Virus record (IMG/VR): IMGVR_UViG_3300023184_000108
Direction: 5' to 3' (one strand)
DNA length: 64,000 nt
Source: an uncultured virus (IMG/VR IMGVR_UViG_3300023184_000108)
Taxonomy: Duplodnaviria > Heunggongvirae > Uroviricota > Caudoviricetes
Shown here: in pieces, positions 8,958 through 19,032 of the stretch
How the letters are laid out: each line of letters begins with the position of its first letter
Numbering within the stretch: the first letter of the stretch is position 1
Translations under genes and position numbers: made by a program
The notes under the pieces: generated by a model
Told to the model about the DNA's origin: nothing
Databases searched by the model: none
What the model saw: only the letters and a program-made list of their open reading frames with translations

Positions 8958-11900
8958 ATGGCTTTTGATGTAGAAGGCGCACGAAATGCTGGGTACTCAG
9001 ACTCAGAAATAAACGACTATCTTGCGAAGAGTCTTAAATTTGACGTGGGCGGGGCGCGTAAAGCTGGGTATGACGATTCTGAAATTCTTAAACATCTAGT
9101 ATCTAAACAAAAACCAAAAGAACCAGAAGCCCCGCCAGTACAAACTGGCCCAACCGTTCTGCCGGACTCTGATACCTCAAGTAATCTTGTGCGGGGCGTA
9201 ACAAACTACCTGCCTCAATTGCAAGAGATGGGTGGCGCGGCTGAAGCATTATTTGGTGTGGGCTTGAGCAAACTTGGCGCAAAGGAAACTGGCAAGTCGC
9301 TCACAGAAAGCGGTCTCAAGACTATGGAGTCTGGGCAAGCTAAACAAGTGGTTAGAGAATCTGATTCATTTACCAAGGCATGGGAAAAAGGTATTGGCAC
9401 GGTTATTACTGATTGGCTGCCATATCAGGTTGGTGCTGGCGCTGCCAACATAGCCGAGACATTGGGCTTCATGGGTATTGGTGCGCTTGCTGGTACATTG
9501 GTTGAACCCGGCGGCGGTACAGCAGCAGGTGCAGTGGGCGGTGCTTTATCCAAGGCCTTGATTAAAAAAGGTGTCAAAGAAGCCGCTGAAGAAGTACTGA
9601 AGAAAGAAGGTAAGGAAGCTGCTGAAAAGTTTGTTGAAGCTGAAGCCAAGAAAGCCGTAAAAGAGTTTGGCGTTAAAGCAGGTATGGCTGGACAAGCTGG
9701 TTTCCACGGCGTAGCTGAAGTTGGAGGCCGAGCGCTTGATGAAGAACAACAACGTGCCAAAACTGAAGGCCGTGAGTTCAACCCAGAAAATATTAATATG
9801 GCACGGGTGGCTCCAGCCGTACTGGTGCATGGTGTAGCAGACTACTTCTTTAATAAAATTGGCATTGAGTCAATGAAGATTGGTGAAGAGGCTACTAAGT
9901 CTTTGGCGTTAGATATTGCCAAACGAATCGCAGTTACTGGTGCAAAAGAAATTCCCGCTGAAGAACTTCAGACCCTAGCTGAACGTTACGGTGCTGGCTT
10001 GTCTCTAACTGATAAAGAAGCGCTTACTGAATATATTGACACAGCAGCGGCATCTGTTGGTATGTCTGTATTGCCCGGTGCAGTGGGTGGCGCACGTACC
10101 AATTTTGAAGGTGCGCAGAAACGTGCGTTAGATAAGCTGACTGAAGAAGTCAAAAAGAAAACACAAGAAAAGACTGAAGATATTAAGCAAGTTGAGCAGG
10201 CTGCTCCACCTGCCACAAGAGATCTGACTATTACAGAAGACGGGCAGGTAACAACACCTGAGGCAACATCACAAGAAGTTTTAGTTAAATTAGAAAAATT
10301 AAAAAAAGCTCGTGATCGAGCCGAAAAAACCTTTAATAAAATTCAAAGTATAGGTAGTCCTGAATACGAAGCTGCAAAACAAAAATTTGAAACCGCAAAT
10401 ACTAAATTTAAAACTGCTTTAGATGAAGAAGTGGCAAAGGACAAAGCAAAGTTTCCAGCCTTATTTCAAACTGAAGGAGCGCCAAATGTTAATGAGCCTA
10501 TCTCAGACACAAGTGGAACAAGCACTACTGTGGCTAACAAACCCAGTGCTGACGTCTCCACCGGAAGAACTACTGCAACTAAATCAAGCGGAGTGGTTGA
10601 TACTGGAACACTTGCTACAAACGCTGGTGCGGGAACGAGAACACAACCAGCTACATTAGCGGCAGCAACGCCGGGGCAAATAGCCAATCTGTATCAAGAA
10701 ACAACTCCATTAACCACCACTACTGAAGAAACAAAGCCATACAGCGAATGGAATCATCCAAAGAAAATAGAAAAGCAAGCGCCTGTATATACAAAAGCTG
10801 AGTTTCCTGATGTATTCCCCGGCTACAAATATGACCCAACAAAATCTGAGACTGAAAATACTCGGGCTGCAATGGAGTTGCAAACTGAGAACGAGCGAGC
10901 ACAAGAAAAGCAGCGCCAACAACTGCTTACTGACGTACGTGTAGAAGCACTAAAAAAACAACAAGAAGCAGATAAACGCGCTGCTGAAGGTAAGCGCCCA
11001 GAGATTGTTGAGTTTAAAGTTACCCCTGCCAAACAAGCAGAATATGAACGTACGCGCCAAAAACTTGCACAAGAAAAAATAGTCATACCTGCATGGGGAG
11101 AGTTATCTCAACTACAAAAGAAAATTTATTTTGATTTTGTCAAGGCTACTACTTACAGTGGCACAGAAGCAGCTGAACGCGAACATAATATTGCTGGACA
11201 TGAGTTAGCTAAATTCATGGACTCAGTTGGTCGTGGTAAAGGTTATAACCAAGAGCAGACAACAGAAGCAGAACAAAATATATCTTTTATATATAACAGA
11301 AGTCGCACTGAGTACAACAAAAAATATGGAGTGAGTTTTCCTGAGTGGAGTACTTTATCTGCTGAAGCCAAAAAAATATATAACGACAGAATTGGAAGCA
11401 ACACTCCTGTTGAACAAGACTTAGCGGCGGCGTACCTCGGGTTGCATTTAGCTGAAGTTGGTGGCAAGTTAAACGCCGCCCAGCGCCAGAAGGCTGAAGC
11501 CAATATAGCTGAGTTAAAGCGTCGTGCGCAGAAGACTGAAGAAGAAACAAAGCTTGAGGGCTTTACCGCTGGCTTTGAAAACCCAGCCCCAAAAATGACG
11601 GGGGAGCAAGAAGTAAAACTTGATGAGCGGTTTAATAAAATTGTTGCCGAACAAGAGAAGCGGAAAGCGTTGCCAGCAGAAGTACTGAAACATATCAGGG
11701 ACGGTAACTTACAAGGTGTGCTTCAATACCTACGTACAAAAGCAAGAACTGCGTTTCATAAGCAGCTTGCTCAAAAAATGTTTGCGCTGAAGCTTGGCGC
11801 AAAGATAGAACTTGTTGCGTCGCTGCCCAATAATGATTTGGCAGTCTATGATCCTGATCGCAATGTGATCCAAGTTACTCCCGAAGGCTTGTCCGATATG

Positions 11901-14900
11901 GTCATGCTCCATGAGGTTGTACATGCTGCTACTATAAAAATTTTGCACGCGTTTGAGACCAATCCTAAAAGTCTGACGGATGAGCAGCGCGATGCTGTTG
12001 ACCATATTAAAGACATCATGGAGATCGCCAAGAAAGAACTTGGTAGTGATTACCCAGAAGCATTTAAGAATATCTATGAGTTTGTCAGCTATGCAATGAC
12101 GGACAAGTTGTTCCAAAACGAATTGTCAAGACTTAGCACCAAGGATTTAGTGTCTACTCTACTACCAGACAACAAGTCTATGTGGTCTGAGTTTGTTACA
12201 AGCCTGAGCAAATTGTTTGACTTCTTCAAAAACTTCTTTACCAAAGAAGGCGATGTTAAGTCTGAGAACTTGTTGCCTGAAATATTTGCGGCATTTGAGG
12301 CCATCGTAGCCGTGCCAGAAGGCGGCATCAAGATTGCTCCATTACCAAGCGCGATGCAAGTCAAAGGCGCAAAAGTAGCTAAGGAATTGCCAGAGGTAGT
12401 AACAAGTCTAGACGATAGAACATCTGATAACAATGCGCTGTATAAACTGAAGTCAGATCAAAAACCAAATACAGCGTTCAAAAAGCTAGTGCAGTCAGTA
12501 TCCACAACTGCTGGTTGGCAAAACTTGGCGCGGGTGTTTCAGAGCGAGAGTTACCCTGTACGGGTAATTGAGCAGCAACTTGCCAAGGCCAAACTTCTTT
12601 TCCGAACAGGTAAAGATGTGATAAATAACCTGCATGAGCAGATCACCTTGTCAGCTTCTCTGGCTAGGAACTACCACAACAGATACCTCAAGCAACATAT
12701 TGACGAGCTGAACTCTGCGGTGGCGGGTTATGCACAGGCTGCTGGCATTACATCTGAAGAAGCGTTGATTGACTTGCACAAAGTTCTTGAAGCCTTGCAT
12801 GAGCCTGAGCGTCGCTTGGTTAAATACATCCTCAGTGTGCCTCTGGAGAACACAAAAGCTACCTTGGCTTTCAATGGCAAAATGTATACGGCTGCCGATT
12901 TACGTGCTGAGATAAGGAATATGCTTAACTCACCCACTACAACTGAAGCTGAAGCACGCATACTCCGGGCGCAGTTAGACAACATCATCTTCCAAAAAGA
13001 TTCCAACGGAAACATTGTCTACAAAGACGGTGCGCCTCAACCTAATCTGAAGTATGTTGATCCTGCTGGGTTCAGTCCTTCTGGCACAAAAGTAATAGAT
13101 ATAAATGATCTTCACTTTAAAGTAACGGCGCTTGACCAAACTTCTGTTAATAAAATTACTGAGCAATACAACAACCATAAAAATAAAGCCGAGATGGATC
13201 GCGTGCGCACCGCTGTGCAAGCCGTGCATGAGGCTACAAAAGAACTAAACAAGATTGGTAACTACTGGTCAGTGCCGGTCAGCAACCGTGTGGCGTTCTA
13301 TGGTTGGAAAGATTACATTCCGTTGAAGGGCCTTGCCAATCAAACCAAGATTGATGAAGAGCTTGACTTTGATAGTCGCTCAATGGGGCGTGAGATGCAG
13401 GATAACCCCGGCTCAATGGATGGTCGCTTCAGCGTATCCAGAAACCCAATCCTCCAAACCATGTCTGATGGTGTGCGTTCTGCGTTGCGTGCTGGTAGGC
13501 GTGACCTGACCCAGACCGTTAAGAATCTATTACCTAAGAGCAAGCTCAACCCCAACGGGCAAGGGCATCTACATGGCAAGGTAGCCAAGCATATTAGTTT
13601 TGAAGAACGTGACTCTGTTGACTTGAGTGAATACAAAGGCGAGACAACCATCTTCCATTACAACGATGATGGCAGCATTGATATTCTTGTAGTCGCAGAT
13701 CCAAAAATGCGTAATGCGATTCGCCGTAGTTACAAGCGTGTCAATCCATTGATCGAGTTAGCAAATAAGATTACTGGTGGGTTCGGTATGCTCCACACCC
13801 GCTACAACTATCAGTTCGCCCCGCTTAACTTTGTGCGTGACGCATTGACCAACGCCTTTACGATTGGCGCAGAAATGGGGCCAAGAGAAGCCGCTAGATT
13901 CTTAACTGCTGTGGCAACACAAGTCAGTGTAAACAATGGTTTGTATAAGGCCATGCAAGTGGCTGCGTTGTACAACAAGGGCGACGAGAAGAGCATACAA
14001 ACTTTGGAAGCCCTCAAGAAGCGTGACCCATATACAAGTGACATGATTGAGATGATTGAACAGGGTGGATTGGTTTCATACCTGCACGGTCTTGGCTTGA
14101 AGTCCAACTTCATAGAACTTCACAAGTCGATTGGTAAAAGCGGCATCATCACTAAAGTAGAAGACTTGAACAAGTTTGTGGACACATGGACAGATATGTT
14201 TGAGATTGCAAGTCGTGGCGCTGCCTACGGTATTGTTAAGCAGAATTTCTATACAAAAAACCTTGCGCAAAACATGAGCGAGGCTGACGCAATGAAGTCT
14301 GCCCAAGTGCAGGCTGCTGCATATACAAAAAACCTTGCCAACTTTGAACAGGTTGGTGAGTTTGGTAAAGCAATGGGTGCGTTCTATATGTTCTTCCGCC
14401 CATCTGCAACAGGTGCTGTGCGTGCGCTTGAGTCATTGGCTCCCGCTTGGCCCGGATCATTGGAACGAGCTGTACTCAACTTGCCTAATAGCATCAGAGA
14501 TAACACAAAAGCTCTTGAAGAATTTAAACAAGAATATGCAACACTACAAACAAATGCCCGTGTAATGACTTCAGCGTTGTTTGGTTTAGGTATGTTGGCG
14601 TACGGCATGGCGTACATGACTGCGGATGACGATGAACTTGGTCGCAACTCTGTTGCTACAGACAACATGGATCAGTGGACTCGCTATGCGCGTTTCCATA
14701 TACCCCGCAAGATTACTCAAGCTATGGGCATCAAAGACCCTGTAATTTTCCAAATACCTTGGGGCTTCGGTATGGGTGCATTTGCAGCGGCGGGTGCGCA
14801 GGTTGCGGCTATGACATCCGGGAATGCTTCCGTGAAGCAATCGTTGGCTAATATATTCACATCCATTTCCTTAGACTCATTTGTGCCAATCCCAATCTCC

Positions 14901-15611
14901 AAGATGCCTGCCACAGAAATGCCGCTGGAGTTCCTGCTGGATTCAATCGCGCCAAGCGTTGCACGCCCCATGCTTGAGTTTGCTCTTAATAAGAATGGTA
15001 TGGGTCAGGCAATCTATAACGACCAGAACCGTAGGATGGGCGATGCCTACACTGGCGGCGATAAAGTACCTGAGTTGTATAAAGATGTATCCCGCTGGTT
15101 TGCCCAATCAACTACAGGGGATGTGGACATCAGCCCCAACACGTTGTATTTCTTATCTAATAGCTATGCTGATGGTGTGGGCAGGGTACTGGAGACTGCA
15201 TATGGAATGCCTGACATTGTCCAAGGCCAGAAAAACTTTAATCCCAAGACAGATCTTCCATTAATGGGTTCGTTCTTTGGGGCGCAGTCAAACGTTGATT
15301 CCCGTGAGTTCACCGCAGTCGAAAACAAAATTAAGGATATGGAACGCAAGATCAATATGTTTGATAAAGCTGATCCTATGACTTCAATAAAGTACGACAT
15401 GAAACATCCGTTTGACCGAATGTTAGTTGATTCTTACAACAAACAATTAAACTCTCAACTCAACCCATTACGAGCGCAAGCCAAACAAATTCGTTTGATG
15501 CAGATGTCACCAAGTGCGCGAGATAGTATGTTGAAGATTGTTAACTTCCAAGAGAACCTTGTTAAGCGCAATATGATTGAACAGTTCAAAGCGTTTGGAG
15601 TTACGCCCTAA
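8958..15611 (+). CDS. Large polyvalent virion protein (zincin-like metallopeptidase motif; LPD38-like C-terminus)
   Basis: 2217 aa; LHEVVHAAT (HExxH) with downstream EFVSYA; C-terminal NFVRD / FYMFF / FQIPWGFG / E.ALNKNGMG..IY pattern. Confidence 0.7.
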   Translation: MAFDVEGARNAGYSDSEINDYLAKSLKFDVGGARKAGYDDSEILKHLVSKQKPKEPEAPPVQTGPTVLPDSDTSSNLVRGVTNYLPQLQEMGGAAEALFGVGLSKLGAKETGKSLTESGLKTMESGQAKQVVRESDSFTKAWEKGIGTVITDWLPYQVGAGAANIAETLGFMGIGALAGTLVEPGGGTAAGAVGGALSKALIKKGVKEAAEEVLKKEGKEAAEKFVEAEAKKAVKEFGVKAGMAGQAGFHGVAEVGGRALDEEQQRAKTEGREFNPENINMARVAPAVLVHGVADYFFNKIGIESMKIGEEATKSLALDIAKRIAVTGAKEIPAEELQTLAERYGAGLSLTDKEALTEYIDTAAASVGMSVLPGAVGGARTNFEGAQKRALDKLTEEVKKKTQEKTEDIKQVEQAAPPATRDLTITEDGQVTTPEATSQEVLVKLEKLKKARDRAEKTFNKIQSIGSPEYEAAKQKFETANTKFKTALDEEVAKDKAKFPALFQTEGAPNVNEPISDTSGTSTTVANKPSADVSTGRTTATKSSGVVDTGTLATNAGAGTRTQPATLAAATPGQIANLYQETTPLTTTTEETKPYSEWNHPKKIEKQAPVYTKAEFPDVFPGYKYDPTKSETENTRAAMELQTENERAQEKQRQQLLTDVRVEALKKQQEADKRAAEGKRPEIVEFKVTPAKQAEYERTRQKLAQEKIVIPAWGELSQLQKKIYFDFVKATTYSGTEAAEREHNIAGHELAKFMDSVGRGKGYNQEQTTEAEQNISFIYNRSRTEYNKKYGVSFPEWSTLSAEAKKIYNDRIGSNTPVEQDLAAAYLGLHLAEVGGKLNAAQRQKAEANIAELKRRAQKTEEETKLEGFTAGFENPAPKMTGEQEVKLDERFNKIVAEQEKRKALPAEVLKHIRDGNLQGVLQYLRTKARTAFHKQLAQKMFALKLGAKIELVASLPNNDLAVYDPDRNVIQVTPEGLSDMVMLHEVVHAATIKILHAFETNPKSLTDEQRDAVDHIKDIMEIAKKELGSDYPEAFKNIYEFVSYAMTDKLFQNELSRLSTKDLVSTLLPDNKSMWSEFVTSLSKLFDFFKNFFTKEGDVKSENLLPEIFAAFEAIVAVPEGGIKIAPLPSAMQVKGAKVAKELPEVVTSLDDRTSDNNALYKLKSDQKPNTAFKKLVQSVSTTAGWQNLARVFQSESYPVRVIEQQLAKAKLLFRTGKDVINNLHEQITLSASLARNYHNRYLKQHIDELNSAVAGYAQAAGITSEEALIDLHKVLEALHEPERRLVKYILSVPLENTKATLAFNGKMYTAADLRAEIRNMLNSPTTTEAEARILRAQLDNIIFQKDSNGNIVYKDGAPQPNLKYVDPAGFSPSGTKVIDINDLHFKVTALDQTSVNKITEQYNNHKNKAEMDRVRTAVQAVHEATKELNKIGNYWSVPVSNRVAFYGWKDYIPLKGLANQTKIDEELDFDSRSMGREMQDNPGSMDGRFSVSRNPILQTMSDGVRSALRAGRRDLTQTVKNLLPKSKLNPNGQGHLHGKVAKHISFEERDSVDLSEYKGETTIFHYNDDGSIDILVVADPKMRNAIRRSYKRVNPLIELANKITGGFGMLHTRYNYQFAPLNFVRDALTNAFTIGAEMGPREAARFLTAVATQVSVNNGLYKAMQVAALYNKGDEKSIQTLEALKKRDPYTSDMIEMIEQGGLVSYLHGLGLKSNFIELHKSIGKSGIITKVEDLNKFVDTWTDMFEIASRGAAYGIVKQNFYTKNLAQNMSEADAMKSAQVQAAAYTKNLANFEQVGEFGKAMGAFYMFFRPSATGAVRALESLAPAWPGSLERAVLNLPNSIRDNTKALEEFKQEYATLQTNARVMTSALFGLGMLAYGMAYMTADDDELGRNSVATDNMDQWTRYARFHIPRKITQAMGIKDPVIFQIPWGFGMGAFAAAGAQVAAMTSGNASVKQSLANIFTSISLDSFVPIPISKMPATEMPLEFLLDSIAPSVARPMLEFALNKNGMGQAIYNDQNRRMGDAYTGGDKVPELYKDVSRWFAQSTTGDVDISPNTLYFLSNSYADGVGRVLETAYGMPDIVQGQKNFNPKTDLPLMGSFFGAQSNVDSREFTAVENKIKDMERKINMFDKADPMTSIKYDMKHPFDRMLVDSYNKQLNSQLNPLRAQAKQIRLMQMSPSARDSMLKIVNFQENLVKRNMIEQFKAFGVTP
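10486..10659 (+). CDS. Candidate overprinted 57-aa gene nested in a different frame within the large polyvalent protein
   Basis: AAGGAG at 10474-10479, 6 nt before ATG; helical Leu/Glu/Gln-rich product; the host frame is a low-complexity T/S/A/G linker over this interval. Confidence 0.5.
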   Translation: MLMSLSQTQVEQALLWLTNPVLTSPPEELLQLNQAEWLILEHLLQTLVREREHNQLH

Positions 15612-15802
15612 CGAATGCGCCATGTGCGCACTCCTATGTGATCGTCTTTGATGACAATATAGGACTTGACTCTAAGACCAGCGCGTTTTGCGCCACTGTC
15701 AATTGAATAGATCATCTCAGCAAAGCGAAGGGTGGGGACAAAAAAACTGTCCCCTACCTCCATAACCTCAAATGGGAATACCCAGTCCGGTTCAAGAACC
15801 AT
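15608..15802 (-). CDS. Small hypothetical protein (possible DNA-binding)
   Basis: FPFEVMEVGDSFFVP..GVRTWRIR pattern; coupled to primase stop. Confidence 0.6.
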   Translation of the reverse strand: MVLEPDWVFPFEVMEVGDSFFVPTLRFAEMIYSIDSGAKRAGLRVKSYIVIKDDHIGVRTWRIR

Positions 15803-18635
15803 TGAGCAAATCGCTAGGTATTTCTGTTCTGAACCAATACAGATACGCCGGATCGGTACTGACAGCGTTCTTCCAACCTGTGGTCAGTCGCCCTTTCTTG
15901 TCATCAAACAGCACTTTGCGTTCACGCATGTCCGCTTCAAACTCCCGTGCACCAATCATGCGTTCTGACAAATACTTCTTGAACTCAGACTTAGAGACTT
16001 GTAAAAGATTCTCATCGCTGACGATTCGCGCAACGATCTGGCCCCGGGGTTCCATTGTGATTTTGCCGTCCTTAAGTACAAGTATGTTTGCCATATTCTT
16101 GTTGATAAAATCACCAAGCAGGGATTGGTAGTCAGTGAAGTTAACGCGCACCACTGTCTCTCTGATGCTAATCATTTCTTGGATGACTCGAGCATAAATG
16201 CGTTCAATGTCATAGGCAGTCAACTTAATCTCGTTGGCGGTTGATGCTCCTGTGAAATTTGCTGCCGTAAGATTTTGATAGAAACGATACTCACTGTAGT
16301 TGCCAAAGTCTTTTAAAAATCTTTCTTCCCAGTACTTTATTTGATCGAGTATGTATTGGTCACCTTCCATAATAACGTGGCGCATGAATAGGGGGCCTGC
16401 GTGTCCGTAGTTAAACCGAAACGCATCAAAGATCTTGGGGCCTAGTGTGCCATCCAGCTCAAGCATACGAGGCTTCTTGATAGCAAGCTCAATCAGTCGG
16501 GCTGCTTCCCCATCAAGGCTCATCTTTTTGGACTCCAAGATGCCATACAACCCGTGGTTCGATGTAAGCACGGCAATCAATGAGGCAGACATTTCGTACT
16601 CCCGTTCAGCGTTAACCGAACTCTGCATCCTGATCTTGGCTTTACCATGAGATACGCCGTGAATCAAGTTGCCCAACTCCTCGGCTTTCTTATCGCCCAC
16701 CTCATCTAATCCAAACATCAGGTTGTGTAAACCAAGATAGCGTCCAGTCAATCCGTTGTCGGTCGCCTTGACAACGCTCAGATCTTTGGGATGCCCAAAC
16801 ACACTAAGGCCACCATACATTGCGCCTGTCTTGGCGTTGCCTGATTTACCAGTAAGGCTCATAACCACACCGGAAGTAGACGTAAAAGGCATCAATGGTG
16901 AACCAAATCCACTCATGGCAGCGAACGCATGAAGTTCAAACTCTGGGTTGTTCAAGAAGTCTATTGACTCGCGCCAACGTTCCAACGTACCGTGTTGTGT
17001 CAGGTGCTTGGCAAGGCCTTTAACAAACGGAGAAGATGGCGCATCAATGATCTCGCCTGTGTGCGTGATCTCTTTCTTACCAATGACGAAGCTTCGCTTG
17101 TCCCAATCTGGATCTGTACGCTCTTGCGTCCACCCCATCTGCATACGCATCAAAAGCGCTTTGTCGGTTGTTTGCATAAATTGTCCCCACTTAACTATGT
17201 AATTCATAAGATGTTGGTCATGTGCTGAGTTGAAGAAAACGCCATTACTCGACATGATGGCCTTGAAGGCTTCCTTTGCATATACATGCTTCATTGGAAG
17301 TAGAAACTCACGATGCCCATCTTTGGGTAATTCCAGACGCATCTGTAAGCATTCGCCGTCGTGTGGGCTGACCATACGAACGACTGGGTAGAGGTTGTTT
17401 GCGAGAATAAGGATTGGATCGTCTTGGTGTTTTGCGCCTTTCTTGTCAATCTTGGGTGCAGGTATAAAGTAAATGCCGCCGTGCTGTCCCCGCACGTAGG
17501 GCATCAGAAAGTCTGGGAAATCAGAAATCGTTTTGGTATCCGATACTTCCCATACTGGTTCCTCCTTATTTGTCTTGGGGGCTGGAGCAAACTCTTTGGC
17601 GAGAGATAAGGGGGTAGTAATCTTTCCTCTATGTCGGCATCCATCGCATCGCTCTGAATAGTTTTCAATAAACCATCCGCAGGTTCGTGGAGCAGGAATG
17701 GCGTTTGCTTTTTCTTCTGTTTTTGCATGAGAGTAATCTGGGTGATCTTCTGAAAATTGATGAATAGCCGTAGCACCATCATCACAAAACTTGGCAAGTG
17801 ATAAACCCGCCCGCCATAGTGGTTCTTCTAAAGTTGCAACGTTCTCGCACATGAATTTGACCTGTGCGCAACCGCCTTCTTCATCAACGCTTTTCTGTGC
17901 TAGTACTTCAAACTTGCGGGGAAAGTTATCCAGCTTCAATAGCGCTTTGGTATCTTCGTCTAATCCCTTGGTTACGCTGGCAAGAATCTCCTCCATTTCA
18001 GGCGACCTAACTTCTGTCTGCGCTACAACCTCACCATCTTCCCCCATTAAGAACGCTTTAAACTTTGTCCAGCTGTACACATGGATCGTGTCAGTAATAA
18101 CAGACGTAGGGCGTGGCGTTCCCGTCTTGTAGTTGAATGTCTCAGGACACCGCATGATTCGTGCGGCATCTGCTGTAACCACGGGGTCAATCGCAATGTG
18201 CTGAAGACAAAGCGCCTTGAATACTTCTGCGGCTGGCTTCCATTCATCCTTTGGGATGTCTGTGTCCATGATCCAGTAAGCGTGTATCCCACCGCCGGAG
18301 TCAATTACCACGGGATCTGATAGGTTTGCCGCCCCTTGCAGTTTGTACAGCGCTGTGTGGGCAGCTTCTTTACTATCGTACTCTTTGCCTTCGCCTACAT
18401 CTAAATCGATGAAAAATGATCTGACAAACAAACAGTCATCTGCCTTCCGGCTGTACCCTTCAAACGTCCCCAGTGCTACAAATACATCCGCCTTTTTGTC
18501 TTTAAGCTTTTCAATTTCATTCAATACGCCGTCGAGTGTCTCTGCAAATCGGTTTGCCATTCTTCCGTTGGTTAAACCACTAACACAGTAGACACCCTGA
18601 CTTGGCAATGCTTTCTCGTAGAATTGTTTTAACAT
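15792..18635 (-). CDS. Primase-helicase (RepB/AEP-like primase plus DUF927 helicase)
   Basis: FFIDLD, SGGGIHAYW, DAARIMRCP primase motifs; Cys cluster; GKSGNAKT Walker A and LDEV Walker B. Confidence 0.8.
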   Translation of the reverse strand: MLKQFYEKALPSQGVYCVSGLTNGRMANRFAETLDGVLNEIEKLKDKKADVFVALGTFEGYSRKADDCLFVRSFFIDLDVGEGKEYDSKEAAHTALYKLQGAANLSDPVVIDSGGGIHAYWIMDTDIPKDEWKPAAEVFKALCLQHIAIDPVVTADAARIMRCPETFNYKTGTPRPTSVITDTIHVYSWTKFKAFLMGEDGEVVAQTEVRSPEMEEILASVTKGLDEDTKALLKLDNFPRKFEVLAQKSVDEEGGCAQVKFMCENVATLEEPLWRAGLSLAKFCDDGATAIHQFSEDHPDYSHAKTEEKANAIPAPRTCGWFIENYSERCDGCRHRGKITTPLSLAKEFAPAPKTNKEEPVWEVSDTKTISDFPDFLMPYVRGQHGGIYFIPAPKIDKKGAKHQDDPILILANNLYPVVRMVSPHDGECLQMRLELPKDGHREFLLPMKHVYAKEAFKAIMSSNGVFFNSAHDQHLMNYIVKWGQFMQTTDKALLMRMQMGWTQERTDPDWDKRSFVIGKKEITHTGEIIDAPSSPFVKGLAKHLTQHGTLERWRESIDFLNNPEFELHAFAAMSGFGSPLMPFTSTSGVVMSLTGKSGNAKTGAMYGGLSVFGHPKDLSVVKATDNGLTGRYLGLHNLMFGLDEVGDKKAEELGNLIHGVSHGKAKIRMQSSVNAEREYEMSASLIAVLTSNHGLYGILESKKMSLDGEAARLIELAIKKPRMLELDGTLGPKIFDAFRFNYGHAGPLFMRHVIMEGDQYILDQIKYWEERFLKDFGNYSEYRFYQNLTAANFTGASTANEIKLTAYDIERIYARVIQEMISIRETVVRVNFTDYQSLLGDFINKNMANILVLKDGKITMEPRGQIVARIVSDENLLQVSKSEFKKYLSERMIGAREFEADMRERKVLFDDKKGRLTTGWKNAVSTDPAYLYWFRTEIPSDLLNGS

Positions 18636-18650
18636 GTCTCGCCAGAGTTG

Positions 18651-18675
18651 AAAAGAGCGAGACTATGCTCGCTCT
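18651..18675 (-). terminator. Intrinsic terminator / attenuator-like hairpin upstream of primase
   Basis: AGAGCGAG-N6-CTCGCTCT stem with a short U tract on the - strand. Confidence 0.5.
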
Positions 18676-18702
18676 GGTTGATGATGTCGAAGTTTCCTCC
18701 GT

Positions 18703-19023
18703 TTAGTTCTTGTCGAATGACCTCCCGACCATGTCTTCAAGATAAGCTTTCGCTTGCAAATTGTTTTTTGCTGGAAGAATACCCTTTGCAATGTCGCTTT
18801 CAATTAAGTCTGTGATTGCTTCGAGCTTCAGCATATTCTTGTGTCGAATATGACCGCCACGGAACCAACTGTAGACCGTCATCCGAGTCACCTCCAACGC
18901 ATATGCTACATACTTTGCGGGCAGGTTTCCCTTCACGCAGGCATTAGCTAGGGCAATCCCTACCCTGTTTGGGTTTGATTTCTCCAACTCTTCAAGAAAC
19001 GGTTTACTGTATGTCCGTGGCAT
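18703..19023 (-). CDS. Helix-turn-helix DNA-binding protein
   Basis: YVAYALEVTRMTVYSWFRG HTH signature. Confidence 0.7.
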   Translation of the reverse strand: MPRTYSKPFLEELEKSNPNRVGIALANACVKGNLPAKYVAYALEVTRMTVYSWFRGGHIRHKNMLKLEAITDLIESDIAKGILPAKNNLQAKAYLEDMVGRSFDKN

Positions 19024-19032
19024 CCTTACTCC

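Noticed and set aside
14251..14338. 16-nt direct repeat ATACAAAAAACCTTGC (YTKNLA twice)
   Set aside because: A single short in-frame repeat within a coding region; no further structure
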